Shown piece after piece: positions 39,501 through 51,936 of a DNA stretch of 64,000 nucleotides. Position numbers and translations under genes: made by a program. How positions within the stretch are numbered: the stretch's first letter is position 1; each line of letters begins with the position of its first letter. Source of the DNA: Epiperipatus broadwayi (Eukaryota; Animalia; Onychophora). The stretch is taken from contig JAQFVV010000006.1 in the NCBI GenBank assembly GCA_028023455.1, positions 11,532,001 to 11,596,000 of the forward strand, given 5' to 3'. Under the pieces are notes generated by a model. It ran no database searches, had not been told where the DNA came from, and was given only the letters and a program-made list of their open reading frames with translations.

Positions 39501-40406
39501 ATAGTATCCTTCATACTTAATAATTAAATAAGCACAAATGCACTTACTCTGAAACCCTATCCTCCTCGCCTGACTGACTAATATTGCCATCTTAAAAATT
39601 CCAAGCTGCATTGTCTATAAGTAGTTTCTTACATTGCTTAGACAGTGAAGTCGTGATATCTGCTATATTTTACTCTTAGCTTCTCTTGCATACATTGTAT
39701 ATCATATGTGACAACTCATAGTTTGTTGATAAGTTTTGACAACAATATAACCACGTATTGTTTATCGAACTGTAAGAATACTGTACTTTCAACATGCACA
39801 CATACGCATGAACGCAGACGCTTTTTTATTTGTATAGTATGCATATACAAATTAAGGTCATAATACGTACAGAATTAAAAAAAAAAAAGATAGTGAATTT
39901 ATTAATAATAAGTTGAGAAAGCACATTTACGTAAATATTTACAGAGTGCATTCATTCATTTACATTCATTCAAAAAATAAAAATGATTAAAAAACTTACT
40001 GACCATATTTTTATTTTTTGAAAATAAAATAAACAGCAAAATATCGTCAGGCTTTGATGTTTTTAAGCCGTTGCTGTAGCACAATAATTCACTGTCATCA
40101 TCACATTTCTCATTATCGGCAGATGTGGTCTCTCCAATTTTGATGTTTTTAAATCAAACTATATCCTACTTTCAGTTATCAATTTCAGATTCTCAGGGAA
40201 ACTTTTCATACAAACTTTCAGGTTTTACGGTGCAATATTTTTTTTATGCTAGTACTAAATCTATAACTGTAATTTTATCACTTAAAAAAGATATTTGATA
40301 AATTTTCTTGAATTTTGTAAAGCTTAGTCTCACGGTTAGAAAATATAACATGAAGTACTGCCCCACATAAGACTTTTGAAAAAAAAAGTGAAGAATTAAG
40401 TATCAT

Positions 40407-40638
40407 ACGGAGGCAAAATTCTCCATACAGTAGCACCTCTCAGTGCAAGCCAGAGTAATCAATGGATGCAAGAAGGTTTGTGCATAAAATTCCTATCTAG
40501 TGCCTACTCATCCAATATACCCAGATTAGTATCTAGCTTGTGGCACTAGATAGGGATTTTATGCACAAACCTTCCTGCATCCATTTATTATTCTGATATG
40601 CACTTAGTGGCGCTACTGTATGGAGAGTTTTGCCTCTG
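40407..40638. mobile_element. Hairpin MITE family C, best-preserved copy
   Basis: gaggcaaaattctccatacagtagc ... gctactgtatggagagttttgcctc. Almost the whole element is self-complementary. Confidence 0.8.
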
Positions 40639-40827
40639 TGAAAAACAGCTTGTGTAAGCGTAAAGAATGGGATGATGTGATGTTTGATAGTTTAATGAGA
40701 ATTAAATAAATTATGTAGTTTCAAAGTAACTGGAAGAAATGATATTAATAATAATCTAAATTAAAAAAGTGGTTGCTTCCATAAATTTATGAATTTTAAA
40801 GTTTTTCTTTTTTGTTCATTTATATAT

Positions 40828-42663
40828 TGTAACGATCCGGAGAAAGTGGGACTTAACGTAAACTGCACTACAGGGCGCCATCTAGGCATTTGAACCTAGA
40901 AAAATTTATAAAGTAGGCAGATACGTAAGTCAAAAAAAAAAAAAAATTTTTTTTTTTTTTTTAAATTTTGGTTCCGGTCGTTAGCCCATGTCACTAGCTC
41001 AGGGAGTAGCAGAGATTTAATAATATCATATCTTATCTAATTAGATTTCAACATTAAAAAATAAATAAAATAAGCCACTGCCAGTAATTAGCATACAAAC
41101 ATTTATTTATGCGCATATATATATAAGATTTAAAATTATTTTAGTATTAGTTTTACATTTTAACATGTAACATTATTTTTAACTTTGATTTTTGACTTTA
41201 ATTTACATTTAATTACTATTATATTCTAATTTTACATTTTTAATTAAGTTCGCACAGATAAATTTATGAAAGCTTGTTTATCATGTTGAATATAGACCGG
41301 TTACATAGATTTCACGGTCAAAAACATTTCAAAGTAAACATAAACGATCAAAATACAAAATTATTGATTACTGACAATTGCGGAGGGAAATTTATACATA
41401 ACCCAATAGTATTCACCATAAGATACTTGCATTGTCACCAATGACTTAAAAGACATCCGAATAAATACATTTTAGATACTCACCGTAAGGTATCATTATT
41501 TATCGAATGTCTATATATTTTGATCAAATATGAAAACGCAAAACATAGTTAACCGATAAACAATCCATGCAAGCGTCTATAAACAACTTAAATTTAATGC
41601 ATTTTTATTTAGAATCGAGTATGAATACTACATAGATTTGCATTGAAATTAAAATATTCTATCCCTATTTAACCTTAGGCTAAAATTCGCCGTCAAACTG
41701 GCATCAATCCATCTGATACATTGATGTATTCAACGTAATACGAAATACGGCAGCACCAAAAGAATTAAGAAAAGACATTGACTCTCAATCAGATAGGAAT
41801 ATTACATCTATCTAACGAGAAGAACAATAAAAAAAAAACTCCATAGAAAGGAACTGCGTTCTCTGTCTTATAATTCCTTCCATAGGCAAAAGGGTGAGTG
41901 CGGCGTATATATAAACGATTCTGCCAGTAGCGAATCTCCGATTACATCTACTAACTACATCAATATATCCAATCCATTGACCCAATCTAACAACGACATA
42001 AATAACCTAAGATTACCCTCCCCTAATATAACTTTACAAATCTATACAGCCATTCACGCCCGACTTAAGTTTAACATTTTTATAATTAATTTAACGGAAA
42101 ACAAAAATCATAATAAAACTTAAAGAACAAAAAATAAATAAATGGAAATGATTTTACAAAATAAATACATTAAATAAAATTATAACTAATTAATAAATAA
42201 TGTTGGTCAGATAGAATAATATTGCAATCATTTAAATCTGGAAAGTCTTTAATTTACTGTTCATAAATTTTAAAGTTCTTACGGTTATTTAAATAGTTCA
42301 CCTTCATCTATTCCTTGCCGTTTGAACGTGAATTCCCACGTCGTCCGAAGATTGGTATTTTGTTGGCCGATTTATTTATCCATCCGGAGATTTTTTTAGT
42401 GTAGTTGGTCCTCAATGTAGAAACGATGGTTCATTTTTCTTCCTTTCTTAGCAGAACTGAAGGGATTGAAGCTGTGCGTCTTTTTCAATCCCCTCAGCAC
42501 TAACACCTAGCTGTTACATCGTAATAATCATCAATAACTAGTCACTAATTAATAATTTCAATTTTTAATTCTTAAAGAAAATTTTTAAATGCGAACTTTT
42601 TAATTTACTTTCATGTTTAATAAATAAAAAAAAACAATGTAACGAACGTCTGTGCTCGTTACA
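40828..42663. mobile_element. Probable solo LTR (Gypsy-like), 1836 bp
   Basis: Termini TGTAACGA...TCGTTACA, flanked by a 4-bp ATAT duplication (40824-40827 / 42664-42667). CpG-richer than its surroundings; aataaa near the right end. No coding motif seen. Confidence 0.65.
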
Positions 42664-43566
42664 ATATATTTTTTGGATAGCATGCAATTGAAGTAGTGTA
42701 TTGATACAGCATACTTATTTTTTTAATATATTATATATTAAAAAGCAAACAAACAAAAGTTTTAAACTCTTAAACATTTTCAAAGAAATAAAATACATAA
42801 TATGAAAATTGAGTTTAATGGAAACTTTAGTCCATTTCACAGATTCCTACAATATTTGTACTTCAGTGAAAATAAATTGGTTGCAGAGCCCACAAAATAA
42901 TCGAGTTCTTAGATTTTTTTCAAATTCTTCTATAACTTCCTTAATTACAATATCTTTGGATTCAGCTCATACCTAAATTTCTGTCATAAAAAACAGTAAT
43001 ATCCAGTGTTTAACTAATACGTTATGTTAGCTTATTAATATAAATTACAGGCCTCTTGATTGCTCATGATATCTTTGTAGGGTGATATGAATTCATTTAT
43101 GGTTCTCAATAAAGTTTGGTCAGTGTAATATGTCTGCCAAATATTACACAGTTTAAATACAGTGATCATCCTATAATGAACAAAAGCTATAATATATACT
43201 TTTTATAATGAGGTCAAGATTCTACAATGAATGCAGAGATGTATTATTGTCCAAAGCAGCATAAACATAATATTTTGGAATCTTTCTGATTTGATTAGAA
43301 TCTCAAACATTTTGAGTAATAGTTTTGTAAAGCTAATTTAGTTGAATTAACCGCTTCTTTGTGTTTTTAGCTGTGAAATTATTATTTTTAATTACATATT
43401 GTTACATGTATAATTTTCGCTGTATGCTTCAAACTGGAGTGAAAAAGTCAATTAATATAGATGTTAAAGAAGATTATGCTTTTCATTTACATAATATTTG
43501 TTCATTATGGATTTTGACTAGGAAAAGATTGTTTATGTTTTCAAATTTATTTATACTATGTATAAA

Positions 43567-44075
43567 AATTAAACTTGGTTAGAGTGCTTTTGGTAGAAAT
43601 AACTTAATACTAAAAGGAAATATGCCTCTGTGTTTGAAAAGGAAGGTTTTTAATAATTGTGTATTACCAGTTCTTACTTATGGATCTGAGACTTGGACAC
43701 TTAATAGAGGAGCAATACGGAGACTTCAGATCACTCGAAGAAATATGGAAAGATGCATGTTAGGAGTAACAAGAAGAGATCGTAAATACAATATATGGAT
43801 AAGAGAACAAACAGGTGTTACTGACATCGTTGAAAGAATTAAAAGACTGGAGTTGGGCTGCACATAGTGCTTGAAGAGATGATAATAGATAGACAATTGA
43901 AATCTTAACCGGATTCCAAGAGATTGTAAAAGACCCAGAAAGAGACCACATGTGAGATGGATAGATGAAATAAGAAAGCGTGCAGGGGTGATATGGAGAA
44001 AAAAGGCTAGAGATCGGAGAAGATGGATTGAACTTGGAGAGACTTTCATCCTGTAGTGGATTGATAATGGTTAAC
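43567..44075 (+). mobile_element. RTE-clade LINE 3' fragment
   Basis: ORF 43622-43867 (LKRKVFNNCVLPVLTYGSETWTLN...RNMERCMLGVTRRDRKYNIWIREQTGV), continuing as RWIDEIRK...WIELGETF, then a short simple tail. Confidence 0.9.
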
Positions 44076-44408
44076 AATGATGATAATGTATAAAATTAAA
44101 TTAATTTTTAAATATTTTTATATTTTCATATTTGATTTTATATTATGCTTTCTCTGTTTGCATGTTTGTATTGGATAGTACCTTTTCTCTAAATAGTGAC
44201 CCTAGAATGGATTATTTCTATATATATATTAGAATGAATAATGCTATAACTAACAAGGTTCTAGAATCATTTACGTTTGTTTTAGTGTGTTTCAATGTAT
44301 AATTAATTATTTGCATTTAAATATTTTTAATTTGAACAATTTGTATGGTTTTGTTTATATAATAATAAAAGCTTATTTTAAAATATTTATGTATATATCT
44401 ATTTTTAG

Positions 44409-44492
44409 AAGATTTATGGTGCAGAATCGGAAAAAAACTTTTATGAGTCTCAATTGATTATTTTAGACACTTTGGAGCAATGTCTAAATGGA
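44409..44492 (+). CDS. NF1: Neurofibromin exon: KIYGAESEKNFYESQLIILDTLEQCLNG
   Basis: tttttag acceptor, gtaaga donor, 84 nt. Matches human RIFGEAAEKNLYLSQLIILDTLEKCLAG. Confidence 0.97.
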
Positions 44493-44631
44493 GTAAGAAA
44501 TTTATATTTTGATATTTTTAAATTTTGTAATATTTAACAATATTTTTTTATACTAAGTAAAATCCGTTGAGTAGGATATAATTTCTTTTTTAATAAATCA
44601 GTATAGTAGTATATATATATATATTTCATAG

Positions 44632-44700
44632 CAACCCAAAGATACAACAAGATTAGATGAAGCTATGTATGTAAAGTTGCTACTGCCGGAAGTTTGCCAG
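44632..44700 (+). CDS. NF1: Neurofibromin exon: QPKDTTRLDEAMYVKLLLPEVCQ
   Basis: ttcatag acceptor, CAG/gtatgt donor, 69 nt. Matches human QPKDTMRLDETMLVKQLLPEICH. Confidence 0.97.
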
Positions 44701-46618
44701 GTATGTGATATTTATTAAAATATTTATGTTACGGATTTTTAAAATATAGTAAGTTTTTAAAATATAAAATCCTTAATAATAAGATTAAATATATATATAT
44801 TTAAAGAAAATAATTATTTAGATGACTTTTCTTTTAAGATTAGGCAAGTAGAGACAGTCCTCTAGTTATGTAAACGTGGATTTATGCAACTAATTCCCAT
44901 AAATGATTTTAATGAGCTTATAAATAATTTAACAGCATAATTAAATATGTAATGCTAAGAATATAATCTCATTGATGGAACAAACAAATCAATATATTAC
45001 TAAGATAATTCACAAGCACGATTCCTGAAGAATCATTTAATTGAACTTGCAAACAGCGCCACCTTTTGATATATCTATGTCAATCTTTTATCAGATAGAA
45101 TGAATCGACATTTTTATAACAAAAGATGGGTGTTGTATAAGAATTTTACTTGTGAATTGTTTAGATTTATTTGTTCTGTGTATGGGTTTACAATTCGCAT
45201 TATATTCAAAAGTGAAAAAAATTAAAAAAACTAAAGATATATTAATCAACATAGTGCATTATCTTTGTTTTTCTCAAACTATATGTATATCTTGTGTAAT
45301 TTCTATGCTCGTAGATGTTTGCAATATATTGGAGCTTGAGAGGAGGATGCGCTGATAGAAATTTAAAAAAATTAAAAATATCTCGGCAGTGCAGTGATTA
45401 TTCATTTTGTCTCAAGGAATTAAAAGTAGACAGAAGCCAATAGTGCCCTGTAAGCTCAGGCATAGATATTCAGGTATTTTAACAACTCCAGTTCATCTGG
45501 ATAGGGAAGGTTGTTCATAAAATACATGTATAGCAGCGACAGAAAATGGTCTGAAATTTCTACGCTGGTGGTCAGTTGCATTCTAGTGGAGTTTATTGTT
45601 AGAAATTGAAAAATTTAGAAAGTATCTTTTGGGATATGTTGTCTTTATTTTTATTTATTAGAAAATATTTTCAAATTTTGCATCTTGGATTAAATATAAC
45701 ATGAACTTGAAAGAAAAATTAGATTGATATAAAATTCGAGTTTTGGAATGGATTATTTATCCAAGTTGAGTATTGTCTATATGTGTAAAAGCCAGGTTGC
45801 ATTAAAAAATCTAATCTAAACTAATTTTAATTGGAGGCACTGATAAAACATTTTATTTTATTAGAAATATTTATTAAAATATATAATATTGCAATTTTAT
45901 ATTGCTATTAGAAAATAAGAAATGTTTTGAGTTCAGTAGTACGAAAATTGATAAAGTTTATTTAAAACAATATTTATGCCAATAATTTACTGTAGGTTAA
46001 AGACTTTTCCAACTGCACTCTTCTTAACAGAATAATGAAGGCGAGATTGATGATCGTTGGGTGATGAGAATTTTAATGACTTTCTTATTTTGTCTTGCTA
46101 AGATGATCTGGATCATGTGATTATAAAACTAAATTTGATAAGGTTTTTATATTAATGTTATTTTTTTAGAAATGAATCATAAAAACTTTCCCAAGTTCTC
46201 ACTAACTGGTATTTAGTACCTCTGAAGAATAATGCCTTTTTCTTTATTATTTTACCATGAGAGGGTGGGAGCTGTTTTCTTTATCTGCAGTACGCTACTT
46301 AAAAGGTTATTTACTTTTCATTCAAATGCAGTAATAAAAGCCAAAACCCAAAAATTAATCAAGGAAATATAGATAAAATGTTACTGACTAGGGATTGAAT
46401 AATTGCTGCCAAATTTGTATTTATTCATAATAGATGACAAATCTGAGTAGAAAAACTTTGTGTAAGCTGGGGTTGTATGACATATTTTTGATTTAATATT
46501 AATTAGTCTATGTATTTTAATTAGTTAATTATTCTATATATTATTTTAATTCAAACAAAAGAGACTATAGAATTTTATAAATTTCAGATATTGTGTAAAG
46601 TTTTTTTATTTGTTTCAG

Positions 46619-46737
46619 TTCCTCAATTTGCCAAATGAAAATCCACTGGTAATGCAATTGAAATCTCTGGCTTCCAAAGTGTTGTTTTCTCTTAGCCTTA
46701 ATAATTTTACTGCAGTATTCAGTAGAATTTCAGCAAG
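46619..46737 (+). CDS. NF1: Neurofibromin exon: FLNLPNENPLVMQLKSLASKVLFSLSLNNFTAVFSRISA(R)
   Basis: tttcag acceptor, AG/gtaatg donor, 119 nt ending in phase 2. Matches the NF1 segment ASGVLFSLSCNNFNAVFSRISTR. Confidence 0.96.
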
Positions 46738-47734
46738 GTAATGAATTATTTTACTTAGTAATGGGGGAAAAAATATCTCCACCATAATAATGCATTATAG
46801 CTGCTAAAAAAACAATAATAACTGTTTAAAAAATAATTGTTTGATTAAATTAATATTTAATTCATCTTTTTTGCTATCTTTAATGGATTCTTCTCTACTT
46901 AGAATTTTTAAGATATAACCAATTGTGTAATTAATATATTACAGAGATATATCTTATAAGATATAAATGAGAATATTTAAGCATCCTCTATTATTTCAGC
47001 ATCTTTTAAAATATAAAATGGGTTAGTGGATTGGGGCTTTCCTCAAAAGTGATCCTGTGAGCTTTGTATTGACACTCTTTATTGACTATTATATAATATA
47101 TTTTAGTTAAATAATGAATAATAAAGGGCGCTTAAATACAGTCATTCATAACAAATTTATACGATATATGTTTAAAATAGTATTTTTATATATATATATT
47201 TCTGTTAAGAAAATATCCCAGTACATATCGCTATCTGAAAATTTAAATACAAAATATTCAAATCATTTTCCAAAATGTTAGGTTTTTCAGCAATATCCGC
47301 TGTGAATAAGCATGTCACGCTGTTTGGAATTCAAACTTTATATTTTTTCACAAAGGGCGTTGCTTAAAAAACATAACATTTGGGAGAGTGATTTGAATGT
47401 TTGTATTTTTTTAGGTTTTATGCAAAATAAATAGTTCTTTTTTTTTTTTCAACTTTTAATTTTTGTTGATTAGAATCTTTTGTACTCATGTTATGTGTTA
47501 CGTTAGAACGTTACCGAATTACGTGTGTGCTATTGGATTGTGAATTGACCATAATATCAGACTTTTGTTGATATTGTAATTTAATAATCTTTCAATGAAA
47601 ATACAGTTTTTTAATACAGTTATTTCAAATTAGAGATTACAGTTTTAACAAATAAATTGAAATGTAAGCATATCCATTCTACCACACATTTTTTAAATAT
47701 ATGAATATTACATCTTAAAAAAGTCATATGACCC

Positions 47735-47775
47735 CTGAGATGCATTTCATGCTGAACTAGCACTCTTCAATTGTT
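47735..47775 (-). ncRNA. HHR relic of family B
   Basis: Reverse complement: UUGAAGA GUGCU-AGUUC-AGCAU GAAA UGCA UC. Stem I is lost. A related fragment lies at ~28118-28150. Confidence 0.55.
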
Positions 47776-48459
47776 CTACTTTACAATCTTTTGCATACAT
47801 CTCCATCATTTATTCAGTAATCAATATCTAATTATTACAATTTGATTTATAAGTGTCAAATTTTCTGCAAGCACATCTTTGACATCCTGCAAGCACATCT
47901 TTGACATCCTACCCTTTAGATAAATACATTAACAATTATTAATAATCATTGGTAGTCTTACCCGACGTGCTTGATGGCCGCTAGAGAAAAGATTAATGCA
48001 TTTTTTTTAATTGAATATAAACACAAGGAGTAAATATTCCAACTTCATCTCTTTATGTGTTTAGCACTGATAATCTCTAACCTATAATAAATGATTAGTA
48101 ATAATCAATAAATAATACTTCTGTATATAATATAAAAAACAAAACAAAACAAAACAAATATTAAATATCGCCTTCAACAACATAAATATACTTATAATAG
48201 AGCAAGAGAAGATGATACAGTTTATTCAGCTTTTTATGTTCACCAAAATAATACAGGCCATATATGTAGTCCAAAGGATTTTACAATATTAATGCATGAA
48301 ACACATGATAAAAAACGCAAGATTAAAGAATCATATCTTATACAAAATTCATCTTGTGCTGTGAATTCGAAATTAACCAGCTTTCCGATTAGCTATTCCT
48401 GGTCAATACAATGAAATGTTAGATTCATCATCTAGGAGAAAATAGAATTTTTTACACTG

Positions 48460-48495
48460 CCTTGATAAGGACTCGTAAGAGTTGAAAGCGCTTGG
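48460..48495 (+). ncRNA. Atypical hammerhead (U3-A8 core) in the 5' pLTR
   Basis: CC UUGAUAA G GACUC-GUAA-GAGUU GAAA GCGC UU^ GG. Palindromic AAGCGCUU stem III; only a 2-bp stem I is visible. Confidence 0.65.
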
Positions 48496-50946
48496 AAATA
48501 TTATTTGTTTTTATTTATTTATATTAAACTCTGTATTAACAATTGACACGAATTGTTATTTTATATTATTTTTATATTATATACAGAAGTATTATTTATT
48601 TATTTATTTATTTACAATGGAACGTGATTGGAAGTTTAAAGAAGCAATATATTTGCGAAAAAAGTGTATTGTAGCTAATGAATGTTTTATTTTCTTTAAG
48701 AGATGTTGTGAGTTTAATATTATTCCAAATTCTTGTAAAATTAAAATTAATTATAGTATACGTGATAGAATTAATGCCACGAATATAATACAAAGAACTT
48801 TAGTTCATTTTTTATTGAAGGATAGCAGAAAAGAACTTTTTTCGATAATAAAGAAAGAGAAAATATTACAACAGTTTTATTCATTACCATTATATACAGA
48901 ATTTTGGTTTAATAAATTTAAAAAAGATATGCAGTCTAAGTATTCAAAGAAATATGAGTTTTTATTATATAAGCAAAAGCATATTAAATTGCGAAATAAT
49001 AATCAACATAGTTAATTTATCTAAATATGAAATTCCGGATAACATAAATGAAATTTTATCATTTGGGCCTAGATATGTATATAGTTTGTGGAAAAATGCA
49101 AAGGCTGAAGTAATTGCAGATGTGGAAGCAGCATACGGCGGTATTGTTACTAAAGAAAATGTTATTAAAGTTATTTCTCCGAAAATTAATGCATTATCTA
49201 ATAAATTGAATTATAGTAAACAGCAGGCTTTGAAAGATGTTAAATTATTTTTAAATAATAACCAGATGATTTGTTCTAAGGAAGATAAATCACATAGATT
49301 TGTATTAATGGATAAAGATACATATGAAATTAAACTTAAACAACAAATAGAGAAATTGAATTTTATTAGAATTAAAAATTATAATATAAAGGCTATGAAA
49401 GATAAGTTTGTTTCAAAGATTTTAAGAGCACGTGGTAAAATGTTTCTTACTAATAAAGAATATAGGGAAGTTTATCCATCAGCAACTTTTATTTCGCAAA
49501 TGTTTGCGAATGTAAAAACACATAAGCTTAATGCTCCTTTAAGATTAATGATGGATTTTACAAGGGCATATTATCAAAAGCTAGCAAAAATTTTAGTTAA
49601 GTGGATTTTGGATTTTGTTGGGTTTGGAAAATATACATTAAAATCGTCATTTGATTATGTAACTATACTTAATAAAACAGCTATAATTAAGGGGTACAAG
49701 TTTATTTCATTGGATGTGGTGGAATTATATGGATCAGTGGATCGATCTGCATCTATTACAATTTTGAGAGATAAATTGTGTGCTAAAGAAATGCCACAGG
49801 ATAAAATATCTTTCATTATGGATGTTTTAATTTGGATAAGCAATGATATTGTTGCAGCACATGGTAGTAACTTATATAGAATGAAAAAGGATGGCCAATG
49901 GGTTTGGCTGTAAGTGGATTATTAAATAATTTGTTTGTAGATAATATAGAACTGCGAATTGTGCATCCCATATAAGTAAGAAATGAGAACACATTATATT
50001 GTAGATATGTGGATGATGTTTTGATATATGGGCTACCAGACATTATAAAGCAAATTTTTGATAGTTTGCAGAACCAAGATGGTTTAGTTTGGACAATAGA
50101 AAGAGAAGACAATTCTAGTATTAAATACCTAGATTTGCAAATATCAAGGGTAAATGATAAATTAGTATATAAAATGGTTGTAAAACATATAGATAATAGA
50201 GGTTACATTCATCCAACATCTAATGTTCCTTTAGTACACAAATTAGCTGGTTTTAGAGCTTTTTTAACACGTAATCAACGACTGTGTTCAAATGAAATGT
50301 TTATGAAAGATAATATAAATTGTTATATGCAAGATTTAATACAAGTGGGTTATAATAAACAAATGCTATTATCTACTGTTTTGAAACATTATAAACAGTG
50401 TCATAATAGTGACCATATAAATATGAATAATAAACCATGGATGTCATTAGCTTTTATTCCCAATATTAATAAAAATATAATAAAAGTTTTAAGTCAAGAT
50501 TTTTGATTAGCATGGAGAACTCCATCTAACCTTAATAGGTTAATAAATAATTCTAAGGAAATAATAAATAAGGAGGATAAAAGCAGTGTTGCATACTCTA
50601 TTAGATGCTCACAAATAAATTGTAGTGCTATATATGTTGGAGAAACCAAAACAAATCTTAAATATCGCCTTCAACAACATAAATATACTTATAATAGAGC
50701 AAGAGAAGGTGATACAGTTTATTCAGCTTTTTATGTTCACCAAAATAATACAGGCCATATATGTAGTCCAAAGGATTTTACAATATTAATGCATGAATAA
50801 AACGCAAGATTAAAGAATCATATCTTATACAAAATTCATCTTGTGCTATGAATTCGAAATTAACCAGCTTTCCGATTAGTTGTTCCTGGCCAATACAATG
50901 AAATGTTAGATTCTTCACCTAGGAGAAAATAGAATTTTTTACACTG

Positions 50947-50982
50947 CCTTGATAAAGACTCGTAAGAGTTGAAAGCGCTTGG
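50947..50982 (+). ncRNA. Atypical hammerhead (U3-A8 core) in the 3' pLTR
   Basis: CC UUGAUAA A GACUC-GUAA-GAGUU GAAA GCGC UU^ GG, 2487 nt downstream of the 5' copy. Confidence 0.65.
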
Positions 50983-51204
50983 AAATATTATTTGTTTTTA
51001 TTTATTTATATTAAACTGTATTAACAATTGACACGAATTGTTATTTTATATTATTAGTAATAATCATTATTGTATTTACTTGAAGTGACTGGTGTCAAAG
51101 CTGTTATTATGATAAAATAAATTTTAACGAATGTTAATTATTTATCATTGTAAATAAATTATTTTTGGAAATTTTTAGCAAATGTATATGTATATATTTT
51201 GCAG

Positions 51205-51311
51205 GCTTTGTGCTTTAGCTACAGTTTATGAAGAGAATTCTGATATTAGTGATATTGAATTGATTCAGCATATCAACGTAGATTGTATGAGATTAACCAA
51301 GCTTATGAATG
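51205..51311 (+). CDS. NF1: Neurofibromin exon: (R)LCALATVYEENSDISDIELIQHINVDCMRLTKLMN(E)
   Basis: ttgcag acceptor, G/gtgagt donor, 107 nt, phase-compatible with both neighbours. Matches DIELLQYINVDC. Confidence 0.96.
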
Positions 51312-51785
51312 GTGAGTTAATATATGCGTGAAAATTATAACTTATGTACTTTAAGAATAATTATAACAAATACTCATTTCTGAAGGTTTGCGATGATTAT
51401 GTTTTAGTTGTATTTATCTATTGGACTATTTCCATCATCTAATATAAGTATATTGATGAGTCCTATTGAAAAGCACTTGCAAGAACACAAACAGATGATT
51501 AGAAGAGAGAAAACAGATGGGTCTAAGGTAGCAGACCATATATGACCAATGAATATATGTTTAATTGGGAAAATATAAAAATATTGGATAGAGAAGAAAC
51601 GGTACAAAAATGAAAATTTAAAGAAGTTGCTCACATGACAATCGCAAACAATTCCATAATTCAACCTAGTATGACTATACATAGTATATGGAAACTATTA
51701 ATCAACTTTGCTCATAGGAAAAAGTGGAGAAATCAGGGAGAACTCCATAGATAAGTAGATAAAATTTTTACTGACTGTTACCTTT

Positions 51786-51871
51786 AGCAGGATGACACAG
51801 TTGGTTAGAGCGTTACCTTAAAATTCAATACTCAAAAATCTAAGGGTCCAGCTTCGATTCCCATGCTAGTA
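51786..51871 (+). pseudogene. tRNA-derived relic, most like tRNA-Leu(UAA)
   Basis: AGCAGGATGACACAGTTGGTTAGAGCGTT (A box/D arm), TTAAAAT anticodon region, long variable region and GCTTCGATTCCC (B box). The stems are broken. Confidence 0.55.
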
Positions 51872-51893
51872 TTGTCACTGGTCAGGTCAGCAA

Positions 51894-51936
51894 CACCTGA
51901 AGAAGAGGGGAGAATAATACCTCTCAAAATGTTGTG
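51894..51936 (+). ncRNA. Hammerhead relic inactivated by apparent CpG decay
   Basis: CAC CUGAAGA A GAGGGG-loop-CCUCUC AAAA UG UU GUG. Restoring CGAAACG from CAAAATG gives a canonical PLE HHR with an AACGUU palindrome. Confidence 0.6.

Larger units (their letters stand above)
48108..51052 (+). mobile_element. Near full-length Penelope-like retroelement (RT + C-terminal GIY-YIG), partial-tandem pLTRs, inverted tail, 14-bp TSD
   Basis: Disrupted ORF from ATG 48617 to ~50900 with FFKRCCEFNIIPN, IVNLSKY, SKEDK, NVKTHKLNAPLR, SLDVVELYGSV, PMG, YVDD, YLDL, and SVAYSIRCSQINCSAIYVGET...RLQQH...RKIKES. Direct repeat ~48141-48570 / ~50645-51052. TSD attagtaataatca at 48094-48107 / 51053-51066. Confidence 0.95.

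Noticed and set aside
50504-50506. In-frame TGA in the PLE ORF as a selenocysteine codon (as in some Naiad PLEs)
   Set aside because: The copy also has two frameshifts and a TAA, a CGA-to-TGA transition explains the codon simply, and I see no SECIS-like hairpin.
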